Positions 1-13,500 of a stretch of 64,000 nt of DNA are shown here, piece after piece. The stretch comes from the human T2T-CHM13v2.0 reference genome, Homo sapiens. The DNA lies in the NCBI RefSeq assembly GCF_009914755.1, contig NC_060937.1, one strand, 5' to 3'. The notes beneath the pieces were generated by a model, which worked only from the letters and a program-made list of their open reading frames with translations, did no database searches and was not told the origin of the DNA. The number at the start of each line of letters is the position of its first letter. Within the stretch, counting starts at the first letter, position 1. The position numbers and the translations under genes are program-made.

Positions 1-2187
1 CCTGTCCGCAGCCCTCGCAATGGAGAATGCATTGCGAATGGAGAATGATCTGAGCCAAGGGCTTTCAGAGCTTGGGGTTTCAGAGCCAGGGGTAGGGATG
101 GTGAAGCTACCTGGAAGCTCGTTTTGAGGATGAAAAAACCTGGACTAATCAGGTGGTTCTTTTCTTCATTAAATGCAATTTAAACCTAAGACAGATGTTT
201 GAGACGGTATGGGTAAAGAGTGGACTGGACGTTCATTTTCAGTATTAATCGAAATATTACTTCAAATAAGCTTTGAAGAGTAGTTCAGATCGATTCTTTT
301 AGGTGTAAGCAGAGACTGGGCTGACAGCTTGCATCTGGCCGTGGCTTTCAGGCGGTCGCATCTGAGTTCTCAGGCTGTGTTATGCAGAAGGGAGAGGCAT
401 CCTTAACTCGTTTTCCTTGAAATGAAGAGGAAATAATGATATATCATTAAAAGTAAGTTGCCAAGTGTTTTGCCTGATGTTGCCATATGTTATGTCATAT
501 ATGCCATTACTAGTTGTCTAACTAGTACTTGCCTGGGAGATTAAAATGTCAGTTGCTTGGTTTGGGTGTGGTTCTCTTTCTCTACCCACCCCGATGGATT
601 CTGAGAGTGAACCAGTGATTAAATCAGCATAAGCACCATCGTATGGGATGGTCTAATCAAGATGTTTTTAATGGGGGCTTTTATGATCAAAGCTGCTGGG
701 TTTATTGTATGTGGGTCGAAAGAAAACAAAACCATTTTCATGCCGTCTGCTCCCTGATTCTTAGAGAATCAGCTCTTTTTCTGAAGCTTGAGTGGAGCTT
801 TTCCGTGCAGGGTTTGCAGGGTTTGAGTATGGTGAAGGGCTGCGTGGATGCCAGGTTCACAGGGAGGCTTCCGATCGGCTGTGGGGGTGGAGGAGAAAGC
901 CCCCCTTGCTCTGCATGCCTCTGCGTGCCGTTCGGTGTCAGAGTCACAGAGTGGGAACCGCTCCAGAGGCTGATGTCATTCCCCAGGTTTTTAGGGATTG
1001 GGGTTTCTTCATGAGCTCCAAGAGACATGTGCGCATTTTTAATTGGAAAAAGGCTATCTCAGAAGAGCAGCAGTGACACTGTCTGCTCACTGAATGTCGT
1101 GCGAGCCGGGCGCTCGGTGTGGGCCATCGTCTCATCTGGAACAGGCAGTGAGATGTGCGTCCTCCCACACATCTGCATTACCGATAATTGCATGCTTCAC
1201 CAGGACTTTCAAGTCCAGCTTACCAGATATCCTCGGTTATGAGCACCCTGTAGCGTTTAGTTAGGGGAGGTGACCCTGCATCATACTCCACTTACCACCC
1301 ATTAACACTGGCCTCTTCCTTCAGCACAAACCCATTTTCTGCTCACGCTGTGTGAGGTACTGCTCAGCGGAGGCAAGTTATTAGGTTGAAGGCTGTAAAA
1401 CCATCATGAGGGGGTTTATGATGCAGTATTGACATGATGCTACCACAGAGTGTACGGGTATGTGGTGCACATTCTCTGGTAGGGGTGAAGGTCAAGGTAA
1501 ACCTGATCCCCACCTCGGGTTTAAATTCCAAGCACTTCCTCAGGAGAGTTCCCCACCTGCAGCCAAACACTCTTCAGCGGGAGGTCATGGAGCTGCTTCT
1601 CCTTCTGGGGTCATGCTAGGATCCGTGCCAGGTAAAAGCTGATGGCAACAGGACACTGATGTGGCGGCTGGTGTAGGTCCTCAGGGCAGTGGCGGGGCTA
1701 GGTCACAGCTGAGGGATTGCGTACAGCGGCTGGCCTTAGAGCAGCTGCCTCATTCAGCTGTGCAGAGCTTCACCCTCTGTAGATTCACCCCCAACCCACA
1801 GGCATTTTATCTTTGCTGCTGTCCAGGACATGCTGCTGTGTTTTAATTTCAGATTTATGCATTTCTTCTGTCACCTAGAACCTTCATTAGCTAGGCTAAT
1901 CTGCATGTAAAGGAGGATAATGTGTGCTGTCCATATGGTCTGTGAATCTGTAGCCTTTGACCTTGAGAATTGACATTTTATATACTTTTCTGAACCTGAT
2001 CTTCAGTAACAAGGCCAGGGGCACTTTCCAGTGGCAACTTCCCCCTGGCCCCCCTTCTATGTGATAGGGCTCATTTTCGTCTGTTTTGGTTTTCTCTTTG
2101 GAATTTTAGTCATTGGTGAAAAGGTAGAAGACATTCGAGGGAGCAATGCTATGGATCTAGTTGATTTAAGCATTCGATGAAACAGAA

Positions 2188-2362
2188 CAGTGGTCCTCCA
2201 ACTACAGCATGTACATGCGTCACCTTGGGGGCTTGTTAAAGCACAGGCTGCTGGGCCCACCCTCAGAGTTTCTGATTCAGGAAGTCTGGGGTAGGGTCTG
2301 ATAATTGACATTTCTTAAGTTCTTGATGAAGTTCTTCAGGAATCAAACTTGGGGAACTACTG
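2188..2362 (+). mobile_element. MER5A (hAT-Charlie) DNA transposon relic
   Basis: Termini cagtggtcctcca...ggggaactactg. Internal gggcttgttaaagcacaggctgctgggcccaccctcagagtttctgattcag matches the recalled MER5A consensus. Confidence 0.85.
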
Positions 2363-2430
2363 TGGTAGAAGAATCTTTAAATCTAGCCCCACCTTTTCCA
2401 TTAGTTGACCTAATACTAACTCTTGTCATA

Positions 2431-4048
2431 GACAGATGATGATAGATGGATAATGCATGGATAAATGAGTGGATGGATGGATGAATGGGTAGATGGGTGG
2501 GTGGGTGGATGGATGGGTGGGTGGATGAATGTAGGGGTGGATGAATGGATGTGTGGGTGGGTGGATGGATGGATGGATGGATGATGATGGATGGATGGAT
2601 GTGTAAGTGGGTGGATGGATGGATGGATGGATGGATAAATGAGTTAGTAGATAGTGGATAAGTGGGTGGATGGATGGGTGGGTGGATGAATGTAAGGGTG
2701 GATGAGTGGGTGTGTGGGTGGATGGATGGATGGATGATGATGGATGGATGGATGTGTGAGTGGATGGATGGATGTGTGGGTGGATGGATGGATAAATAGA
2801 TAAATGGAGGATGATGAATGGGTAGATGGATGGATGAGTGGATGCTTGGACGGATGAGTGGATGGTTGGATGGATGAATGAGTTGGTAGATAGATGGATG
2901 AGTGGATATATGTATGTAAGGTAGATGGAGGGGTAGGTGGATGGGTGTATGGATGGATGGATGACTGGATGACTGGATAGATGAATGGGTGGGTGGATGG
3001 ATGGAGGGAGGGAGGGATGGATGCATAGATGAGTGGATGCATGGATGGATGACTGGGTGACTGGATGGATGGGTAGGTGGAGGATGGATGGATGGATGGA
3101 TAGATGGGTGGGTAGATGGGTGGGTGGATGCATCAATGAGCAGATAGATGGATGAGTGGATGGATGGATGCATAGATGAATGGGTGGATGAATGGGTAGA
3201 TGGGTAGCTGGATGGATGTGTGGGTGGGTGGATGAGTAGATGTGTGGGTGGGTGAGTGGATGGATGATGATGGATGGATAGATGGATGGGTGGCTGGATG
3301 GATGAATGAGTGAGTGGGTGGATGGATGGGTGAGTGAATGGATGGATGATGGATGGATGGAAGGTGGATGGATGAATGGGTAGATAGATAGGTGGATGGA
3401 TGGATGAGAAGATGAATGGATGTAAGGTAGATGGATGGATGGGTGAGTGGGTGAATAGGTATGTGAACACATGGATGACTAGACAAATGGGTGGGTGGGT
3501 GGATGGATGGATGAATAGGTGGGTGGTAGATGGGTGGGTGAGTGGATGGATGCATAAGTGGATGTATGGATGGATGGATGGATGACTTGATGGATGGATG
3601 GATGATGATAGATGGGTGGGTGGGTGGGTGGATGGATAGATGGATGTGTGGGTGGATGGACAGAATGACTGGATGGACAGGTGGGTGGATGCATAGATGA
3701 ATGGATGCATGGATGAGTGGATGGATGGATGGGTAGATGGATGGGTGGGTGGGTAGATAAGTGGATGGATGGATGGATGGATGGATGACCGGATGGATGG
3801 ATGATGATGGATGGGTGGGTGAGTGGGTGGGTGGATGGATAGATGACTGGATGGATGGATGAATGATGATGGATGAATGGATGGGTAGGTAGATGGATGG
3901 ATGAATGGATGGGTGGATGTGTAGGTGGATGAGTGATTGGATGTATGGATGAATGGGTGGGTGGGTGGGTGGATGGATGGAGGAGTGGAGGAGTGGATGG
4001 ATGGATGGAAGGTGGATGGATGGATGAGTGGATGGATGGATGGATGAG
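2431..4048. repeat. About 1.6 kb degenerate (GGAT/GGGT)n simple repeat
   Basis: Continuous tggatgga/tgggtgg units; source of the His/Pro/Ser/Ile-rich spurious ORFs. Confidence 0.97.
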
Positions 4049-5446
4049 CAAAAGCTGTGTGCTGCCTCCTGTCCTTAAGCTCTTCCTGGGAAGGGCCTGT
4101 GGCCTGAGCAATGGGCTGAGGGACACAGCAGCACGGAGGGGCTTTGGGGGATGAGGGGGCTTCCCAGGACCACCACACAGGCACAGCTGTTCGGCACCCC
4201 CCAGTTGCAGGTCTCAGAGGAAAAGCTCTGGGGGGACGCGCCCAGGAGGCAGGGGCACGCATTTCTGTGTGGAATTGAAGAGCTCTCAGTGGAGTAGGTG
4301 CGGCTCCCTGGCAAAATGCCACCTGCTTATTAGCCAGCCCAGCGGTTTCTGACGGACGCCTTAGCACTCCCCTCTCACGCCTCTGCCTTCGGCCTCAGTG
4401 ATTGGCGTCTCCTCAAGGAGCCATGATTTCTTTGTCCATTTTTTAAATGTGCTGAGGCCCTTTAGGAGAAAAACCACGCAGCCAAATGAGGTACGTCTGT
4501 GTGGGTTGCTGACTATTTTGTAACATGAAATTTAGGTCTCTAATTAGATAGGTGTGACTATAAAGTACAGAAACATTTAAAAAACAATTAGCTTTCATGG
4601 GATGTTGTTATGGATCTTGTTAGTAGGGATTCCGGAGCAGGTTTTAGAGATTTGAGCGGAGGGAGGCTTGTGAGGAAACCGTGAGTCCTCTGAGCATCCT
4701 TGGTGTCCTGTGTTGCTGACCTTCTGTGATCTGACGCCACGGCTCAGTGCTTCCCAAGGGCTCCTGAGAAGGCAGCGCTCAGGCCTCCCAGCTGGGTGAG
4801 TCTGACGCCCTCCATGCGAAGACGGCGCGAGCACGGCTTCACCTGTGGAACCAGGGGCAGACTTATGAGCTCCCGGGGGTTTCAGTTCCGGCCTGCTCTG
4901 AGGACACTGGGGGGCCGGCCCTGTGTTTGCTTGGAGCGCCCTTCAGGGAGACCCGTGGCTCCAGGGGCTGGCGCTGAGTGACCACAGGCAAGGTCTCAGG
5001 AGTGAGTGATGCCAGGCAGCACCTGAGAAGGGGATGCCTGCGAGGTGTGTTCCGAGTTTCATGGGGACTTGTGTTGGCCACCGCCTCCTGAGTCACTGGC
5101 CCCTTTTCACGCTGCACCTGTGCCTTGGGATGGTGGCTGCCTTCCAGCGTCTTCCTGATCTCCGTCTTCAAAGCCGCTCCTGACTCTTCTACTGCCCCCT
5201 CTGACCCCATCCCCCACTGTTTCATCAGCTCCCATCCTGGCGCTTCCTCACCTGGTGCCTCATTGCCCGGCACTTCCTTATCTGGCATTTCATCACCTGC
5301 CGCTCCACATCACCTGCTGGCTTCCTCCTCCTTTAGTCTTACGTTTGGAGTTCCCTGCATTTGGCTTCCCTAAGGGTAAGACCACCTTCTATAGTGGTGC
5401 AAACTCCCCCTCAGAACTAGGGGCACCAGTTCCGCAAAGGCACCCG

Positions 5447-5594
5447 GGCATGGCTAACCTCTGAGTCTGCAAAGCCCCTTGCGTGGCTGACTTCCAGGTC
5501 TGCAAGGGCCCCCGGCGTGGCCAACCTCTGAGTCTGCAAAGCCCCTGGCATGGCCAGCCTCTGAGTCCATGAAGCCCCCGGCGTGGCCAACCTC
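5447..5594. repeat. 33-bp minisatellite, about 4.5 diverged copies
   Basis: Unit ggcgtggccaacctctgagtctgcaaagcccct. Confidence 0.85.
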
Positions 5595-5760
5595 ATTGGA
5601 TGAGTTTGCTTGGACTTTTGCACCCCTGGCATGCTGCTGTTCTGCTGCTTTTCATAAGCCTGGCCCCTTGGGTGTGGAAAGTGCATGGATTTTAGGGGTT
5701 CCACTCATTTTGCAGACGTTCTGGGGAAAATCACATTTGTTGATCATCAATACCAGCTGA

Positions 5761-5875
5761 ATACCAGAGGGTGCACTCCAGAATTAGACCTTCAGGGACT
5801 AGTAAATATGAGAGATACTGGAGGATGAACTCCAGAATTAGAACTTTAGGGACTAGTAAATATGAGAGAAGCTGG
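5761..5875. repeat. 54-bp two-copy tandem duplication
   Basis: actccagaattaga..tt.agggactagtaaatatgagaga at 5775 and 5829. Confidence 0.9.
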
Positions 5876-6533
5876 CTCGGGAGACCTGCTTTCGCCATAA
5901 TAAAAAACAAGGCATAAGCATCACAATCAGAAGTTCTCCAGGCTTCAGCTGCTCATGAAAGGCATGCTATGTCTGACAAACACATTTTCATGAGTAGAGA
6001 ATAATTTTAACAGACTCTAGGGTCTACTGACTCATAATTTAACCAAATACAGTTTCTGGAGCCAAGCTGGTTCTGCAGCCTAATTATGGAAAGCTCGGCT
6101 GCCTTTTCCGTGTGTTTCGTTTCCTCCGCCGCCTACGACGTGCAGGCAGCACTCTCAACATAGCCCCTTCTTTCACCAGAACTATCGTTTCCACGTCAGC
6201 TCACGTCACCATCCGTAGAGTTGGAAGGATACCACTGTAAGTAGTATTTTCACACTTCTACCCTTCGGATTAACTCAGAAGGTATCTGGTCACATTCATT
6301 TTATAACTCTGGGTGTGGAGAAAGAAGCATCTGTTACGCCTTTTGGAATGTTTACAAGCTAACTGCCCTTGTCTGATACACACACAAAAATGGAGCTGCC
6401 TACATTGGAATTCTAGCGAAGTACTGAAGTTAGAATGTCTAATGTCTGGTGGTCATATGTGGATAAGATGTGGGATGAGGTTTGCACCTTGTGAGGTTAG
6501 CGGGGCCCCTATGAAGGGTTGCATTGACTATTA

Positions 6534-6730
6534 GGTTAAAATCACTGGTGCTGGACCCATGACCTGTGAGGTCAAACCCCAGCTCTGCCATCTGTGGCTG
6601 TGTGGTGCCTCGGTTTCCCCATCTGCAGAATGGACTCAGGAGAGCACCTACCTGCTAGGGTTGATGTGACAATCAAATGAGTTAAATCTGCATGAAAAGC
6701 ACTGAGAAGCACCCAGCAGGCAGGAAGCTG
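6534..6730 (+). mobile_element. MIR SINE
   Basis: gtgcctcggtttccccatctgcagaatgg...acctacctgctagggttgatgtgacaatcaaatgagttaa matches the MIR core and 3' part. Confidence 0.85.
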
Positions 6731-6809
6731 TGGGGACCCGTTTGCTGTTAGGGTCACTTGTGCACATGGTCAGTGCCGGCGGGTACCCGCCATGAGCACC
6801 TGTGCACAG

Positions 6810-6863
6810 CAGGGAGCCGCTGCCGTGGTCATCCTCAGGGAGCCGCTGCCGTGGTCATCCTCA
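6810..6863. repeat. Perfect 26-bp two-copy tandem duplication
   Basis: agggagccgctgccgtggtcatcctc at 6811 and 6837. Confidence 0.9.
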
Positions 6864-7340
6864 CATACAGTTAGGTGTGTGACCGCACTGACGATCCCAG
6901 TAATGAAGTATGTGGGGATTTTCCAGGTAAATGAGAAGGAAAAGGAAGGTTCTGAGAGGAAGGGTCTGTGGTTGACCTCGTTGCGGTCGCACGGTGATAG
7001 AGGTGACATCCGTGGTCACTGTTCTCCCAGATGCCCACGGTCGCAGAGAGCTCGAGCCCGGGCTTCAGCACGCAGCACCTCACAGGCCCCTCTGCCATAG
7101 CAAGCTCCTGCCCTCCCTCCCTCCTTCCACCCCAGGAGCCTTTGTCCAGTGTAAACCCCAGGAGATGCGCAGTGCTGGGAAGAAACTGAACCTTTGGGAA
7201 GAGACACTCAAGAAAACTTACAGTTGCGAGTTTGAAAATACAACAGATCTGATTGTTCCTTCTAAATTATGGGATTGCCTGGCATTTGCCTCTAAATTGG
7301 GCTCTCAGCGAATGTTCCGGGTTTTTTTTTGTTTGCTTGT

Positions 7341-7388
7341 TTGTGTGTGTGTATGTGTGTGTGTGTGCGTGTGTGTGTGTGTGTGTGT
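7341..7388. repeat. (TG)n microsatellite, interrupted
   Basis: Direct reading. Confidence 0.95.
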
Positions 7389-9021
7389 TTGCTTTACTCC
7401 TTTATTAATAATGTTAAAGAAATGAGACAAATCCCCAAAGCATGAAAACCAATTTCTCAGCATTAGTCATATTACTTAATTGTGCTACTTAATTCACTAA
7501 AGGAAAGAACTAGTATTAAGTTTCATTAATGACATTTTTGGCAATATATTAGAGATGGTGAGCTAATGCCCCAAACAAGACTTCGTTTCTGTAAGAATGC
7601 CTTATCTTTTAAAACGAAACTTGTCATGGACAATGAAGAGAAGCATTCAAGCTGGAGCACCTGTTAAACGCTGCACAGGGGACCACACGCGGCTCTGGGC
7701 TCGGCCTTCAGGTCGCTCATGGGGCGGCAAGGCTGTGGCGGACGGCAGTGTGTGATGCTCACGCGGGGAGCAGCACTGGGTCACCTGCACCTCTGAGGCA
7801 GAGCTGTGTGGCCTTCCCAGCCATTCACCAAAGGTGCCTCCACCAGACCGGAGCCACGACCTTCCCTGGCGGGTCCCGGGCTGGGACTGAAGGAGAGGAG
7901 GGGCTGCTCGGTGAGTGGCCTCTCAGACACCATGGCGGGAAGACGACAGAGCCGTGAGGAGACACACACCAAACCGGACACACAGGCCTCCTGGGCAGCG
8001 GGAAACCCGGAGACAAGGACCTGGTCCAGCAGGGCTGGCGCAGAGGGGTTGGGGTCGCCCAGTCGGACAGTGCGGGGCTTCCCAGTGCTGCTGTCACTAC
8101 CCTGTGGGGGCTGCATGGGGGAGTCATCGGTTTCCACAAGCACGCTCTGTCCTTCCCTGCACCCCACGCTTTACTGAGAGAGGAAACGAGACACCTTCGT
8201 CTGTGCCACAACCCAGGTGTGCACGGCGGCTCCCACCCGCATCAGCCCAGGAGCGCTGAATTTTAAATCACCCAACAGCTCATTTAAGACTGGCCCTAAA
8301 CAACTCCCTACTCCACGACTAATGGAGTGGCTAATGTAAGACTCTTTTACTGCCAAAAATGATACCACTTACTGATATGGATTTCTTAACAGTAGCTTGG
8401 GGCCACATTGTATAAAATAGACTCCCGGGGTTCACAAAAGTCAACCCACTTCTCAGGGGCCCAACCATTCTCGAGCCTCCCTGAAGCCAACCAGCGGGGT
8501 GACAGGAAGAACTTGGATCTCACATGGGTTTTTTGTGTTTTCTCATGGAGGGGCTACCACGGAGCTTAGGGAGGAAGTGGCCCCCACCAGCCAGGAGAGG
8601 ACGGCCGCGTTTTCACGATGGTCGCCGAAGCCAAAGCTTGTATGCGCTACATATAAGAAGAAATCAGCAGATCGTGAGTGAGGTTCATATCTCAGGATTA
8701 ATTTTTGAAAAATGGTTTTAATTAGTAACATCTTTAAAACTATTTAGATGTTTAGGACATTGAATGATGAACGTCTGTGCACATCCAATCTGCGCAGCTG
8801 GAAGTGGCCCTGCTGTTCCGATTTCCTTGACTTCCTCAGCACCTTACCACGCACAAGGGAAGGAAAGGCAGAGAGAGAGGTTTGGTGTTGACCCCAGAGG
8901 CGACCCTGATGGCTCCCGTGCGCACCGCTCACTGCTTCCGTGAATACAAAGCCTGTCTGCGTCTGTCCTTGTGAATGAAACCAACATTTAGGGCTTGATT
9001 TCCTGGTTATTCAAAGAGGCC

Positions 9022-9500
<479 letters not shown>

Positions 9501-10689
9501 TCAGGGGACGGCAGCCTTGGGACCACCTTGTTGCGTCTGGCAGGTGGGTGTGGAAGGCAGGAGGGGGATGGTATGTGGAGCTCTGTCTTTCCTGGCAGAA
9601 GCTGGCTCTCAACACCTGTAGCTCTCAGAGGAGCAAACCCAGCACAGAACACTTTGAACAGAATCACTGTATTTGTGGAGGCTAATAGGACACCAAGGCG
9701 CCACCTCTCAGGCTGTGGAAGCAGCCTTTTCCTCTTGATGTCCCCGATGCCAGTGGGAGGACATGGTAGGCAGGGACCCTCCATACGTTCTGGGAGCGCC
9801 TGTGCAGGGTGGCAGGACGGGTGTGCACTCAGTAAACAATGTTGAATAAATGCCTTCTTTTGCTGCAAACCAGATGCGTGTTCTAATCACATCAGCTCAC
9901 AGAAGGGCACATGTGGTGCTCCAGACAGCATGTGGGCTTTCACAAGCAGGCCTGAGCGCCAGCCCTGCCACCTTCTCTTCCTGTGGCCTGGAGCACATAA
10001 CAATGAGTTAAAATGGCACTAGGCCATTTGCACGGCCTTGCACATCAGCTGTGAGGCCTGGAGCCCTGTGTGTGCCCAGCACGGTGCCCAGGGACTCTGA
10101 GAGCCTGAGGGTGGCACGTCACCTCGGGGGCCATTGGGAGCCCTGGATGCTGTCACCTCTCACCCCTCGGAAGCAGCCATGGGGCAGAGGGTGGGAGCTG
10201 CTGGCTTGGGACGGGCTCAACACCTCTTGGGGAAAAGCATCTCCGGCCACGCAAAGCAACCTCATCACTTCCTCCCTCGAGGAGCTCGGCAGCAGACGGG
10301 AGCCACAGGCGTGGAACTTCCCACTTTGTTTCAGGACAGCCAGCAGCACGTCCCTCCCTTCCTCTGGGTTTGTAGTTGTTTGTTTGAACTTGAGACTTCC
10401 TGAGGCCTGGAAGGTGTTTTTGGCTTGCTCCATAAGGCAAGGAGGTCCAGCCCACGCAAGCCCCCGCCCTGTTCGAGGAAGGAAAGGCCCAGAACTTGCA
10501 CACAGCAGGCAGGCCCAGCGGCTGGGTTTCTCTAGCACCTCGGCATTGTCTGCCTGCTCTTCCAGGCGTGCAGGGCAGTGGTGGCTCGGGCCAGGCTCTG
10601 GGAGGCCGGGCACTCTGAGGAGGTGGCTCAGCCCTCTTGGGTTCTTTCTTGTGAGTTGGCGAAGCCCAGAGTCACCAGGGTCCTGAGCA

Positions 10690-10960
10690 CCTGTCTCTTG
10701 TGACCATGCGGCACCCGCCCGGCTTTTAGCTGTCGCAGCAGAGACCCGAAGGCTGTGGCTCTAGCATCAGGGGGTCGCCTGTGGTCCCTGCGTGAAGAAC
10801 CAGAGCTGCCTCCGCTTTGTAGCAGCCTTTGTGACAGGGCGGTTCGATGGCCGAGAAGGGAGCATCCCGGGGAACCCTGCGGCGGCTGTGGTCACTGCCC
10901 AGGAGGCGCCGGGGAACTGCAGGGCGCTCGAGGCCAGGTGAGATACAATGGGGTCGCAGG
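10690..10960 (+). promoter_or_regulatory. Putative alternative promoter/5' UTR for the MAEKG first exon
   Basis: Local CpG enrichment immediately upstream of and across the exon; inferred from the exon structure. Confidence 0.4.
10847..10937 (+). CDS. MCF2L: MCF2L alternative first coding exon, MAEKGASRGTLRRLWSLPRRRRGTAGRSRP(D)
   Basis: ATG at 10847 (cgATGG), 30 codons plus 1 nt, then strong donor CCAG|GTGAGA at 10938. Phase 1 matches the acceptor at 45872 (G|AT = Asp). CpG-rich local context. Confidence 0.82.
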
Positions 10961-11806
10961 GCATGGGGGCAGGTGCTGTGTCCCCTCTGCAGGTGTCCTC
11001 TCTGCGGGCAGGTGCCTCCCTGGGGTATTTCTCTCACCACTTGACCAGCAAAAACCTGTGCAGCTCGGAGACTTCTTAAAAAGGTAGAGATAACTGCTGA
11101 GCATCCCACTCCAGGTCTGTGGGTCCAGTTTTCTTTGTTCATCTCTGGGTCGGCCCTGTCCTGCAGTTCTGGAACCTGGGCTTACGAATTTCCGCTCCGA
11201 TTGGAAAGACGAGTGGACTCAAAGCGAGGGAAGCGGCAGTGGTGGGTTTAATGAGGCTCCCCGGGCACACGCGGTCTGTGGGCAGGTGGGTGTCCTTTGC
11301 ATCACAAGAGGTGTGTTTTGGGTGGGATGAGGGTGCAGAGCTGTCACAGGCGTGGCCCAGGCCAGGTGGACCAACAATGCCATTCAGGAACAGCACGTTT
11401 GCTCGGCCTGATGGAACAGCCTAAACTCTCACAAGTCACAGCCAGTGCTTTTGTTCACTTCAGAGGAGCAAGGGCATTCTGCTGGCTTGAGGGGGAGAAA
11501 GGAGCTTGTTGCTGATTTCCGCTCCATCCTGCCCTTTCCCCTGTCTGGCGACCTGGAACCACGGTGGGCTGTGGAACGTGGGGCAGAAGTTGGCTGGGGC
11601 CAGCCCCCACCCCTGCTTTGACTTGGCTCCCCACGGAGTTTGGGAGCATTTATTTCAGAGATGGATGGGCGGCGGCTGGGCATTGGCAGGTGGGCGTCAG
11701 GGAGAGGAAAGGGAGGCAGCGAACACATCCAGGCGATGCCTGACTGTCCTGGGGCTGAGCGGCGCCAGCCAGGAGGGCCACCATGCGCAGGAGAGCCTCT
11801 CCGGCT

Positions 11807-11865
11807 GCCGCCTTCCCCTTTCCCCCGCCTTCCCCTTTCCCCCGCCTTCCCCTTTCCCCCGCCTT
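11807..11865. repeat. 17-bp pyrimidine-rich tandem repeat (about 3.3 copies), G-quadruplex-capable on the minus strand
   Basis: gccttcccctttccccc repeats with period 17 (G at 11810, 11827, 11844, 11861). Confidence 0.9.
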
Positions 11866-12148
11866 GGGCACGGACAGAGCCTGTAACACTGAGGAGGGCT
11901 GTGTCACTCACTGCCGGTCAGCTGAGCGTGCACCGTGTGGGTGCAAGTACCCCAGGGCTAAAATAACAGATCCCAGCCTCCCTCCGAGTCCACTGACATC
12001 CACCACAGCACCATGTGAGGGAGGCAGCCAGGGGCTGTGCGTGAATCCCGCACACGCCAGGGTGTCCAGCGCTCCATTCACGCCCCACCACCCTCCCAAA
12101 GCTGAAGTCTTAAGACCCTGGACATGAGCACAGTGGGGGCTTGGAGAT

Positions 12149-12452
12149 GGGGACCCCAACACATCCCCTTCCTGTGCACTGGGGACCCTGATACGTCCCC
12201 TTCCTGTGCACTGGGGACTCTGACACGTCCCTTTCCTGTGCACTGGGGACCCTGACATGTCCCCTTCCTGTGCACTGGGGACCCTGACACGTCCCTTCCT
12301 GTGCACTGGGGACCCCAAGACGTCCCTTCCTGTGCACTGGAGACCCTGACATGTCCCCTTCCTGCGCACTGGGGACCCCGACACGTCCCCTTCCTGTGCC
12401 TGAGAACTCCTGAGACATCCCCTCACTGTACATAAGGACCCCCAAGATGTCT
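12149..12452. repeat. 32-bp minisatellite, about 9 copies
   Basis: Unit ggggaccctgacacgtccccttcctgtgcact. Confidence 0.95.
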
Positions 12453-13079
12453 CCACACCATGGGGTACCACCCTGTTCCTTGTGGGAGCAGGAGAATGCA
12501 GGAGCTACAGTGAACTTGTCCCTGTAACTCTCACAGCGACAGGGCCTCTCTGCGGTGGCAGTGTTGGGAGACGCGATGAGAGTGTCATCCGCTGTGAGTT
12601 CTGCGGTGCTCTGGTCCCCCGTGAAGACATCGTCCACGACATTCACACTCACTGAGCCACGTCCTGCCCTTGGCTGGAATGTGAGGGCGGTGAGACACCC
12701 CCATCCTGTAAGGAAGTGTGCACCGAGCCCTGGTCCCCAGATGCACCAAGCCCGTGGCATCTGGGTGGAGCGGCCTCCGCGGCACAGATCACCTGGGTGT
12801 AGTGAGAGGCAGACTCTGGGTCCCTGGGCCTGCGAGCCTGAGACTGGATGACCACCAGCTCCTGGCAGGGTCCACACCCCGAGGCACAGGCAGGGGGACG
12901 CATAGCCCAGGTGTGGGACCTCCTCCTTCAGGCCGGGCGGTGCGGGTGCGGCTCAGAGCCCAGTGCCCTCTGCCTCCTGTTGCCTGGGCCGCCAGCGTGA
13001 CCCACCTGGCATGGACGCCTGGGGACTGAGCCTTGTCCGGCCCCCTCCCAGCCCTGGCTGTCTCCCTCGGCAGGAGCTC

Positions 13080-13500
13080 GGCACCCCGCAGGTTTTCTTC
13101 CCAGGATGTGCGTCTCCGATTGGAAGGTGGAGGAGTCACAGATGCCCCTTTGTGTTTCCAGGCCTGGACTGGGCAGGCCCCGGTCAGGGCTGGGGGAAGA
13201 TGCTCAGCTCATGTTGGACCTGAAGGTTGTGGGAAACTAGGCCCGGAGTGCAGCAGTGGAGGCCTTGTCTGAGGGGTCGGGCAGTGGGGGCCCCAGCAGA
13301 GAGCATGGGGCCGACGAGGGGGACAAAGGGACAAGAGCTCAGGAGCTTTGGAAAGAGGTCTAGGGGCCTAGTGGGCTCCAAGGAGGGCAGAGAAGCCCCA
13401 CGTACTCCTAGTAATGGAGGCCGTGCCCACCTCGTGAAGGGGATTTCTGAGCTGGGGCCGAAGGCACAGGATGTGGTGGCGTAGGAAGAGCAGTGATGGA
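13080..13500 (-). mobile_element. Possible highly diverged L2 fragment
   Basis: ggaggagtcacagatgcccctttgtgtttccaggcctggactggg and gaagatgctcagctcatgttggacctg resemble antisense L2 motifs; weak. Confidence 0.35.

Noticed and set aside
1-640. Search for another ATG-initiated first exon near the window start
   Set aside because: The candidate ATGs I checked (near 130 and 195) either hit stops or meet donors in the wrong phase. Any further upstream first exon probably lies outside the window.
2343-4367. 674-aa and overlapping His/Pro/Ser-rich minus-strand ORFs
   Set aside because: These are translations of the (ATCC)n simple repeat, open because the repeat lacks stops, with no exon structure.
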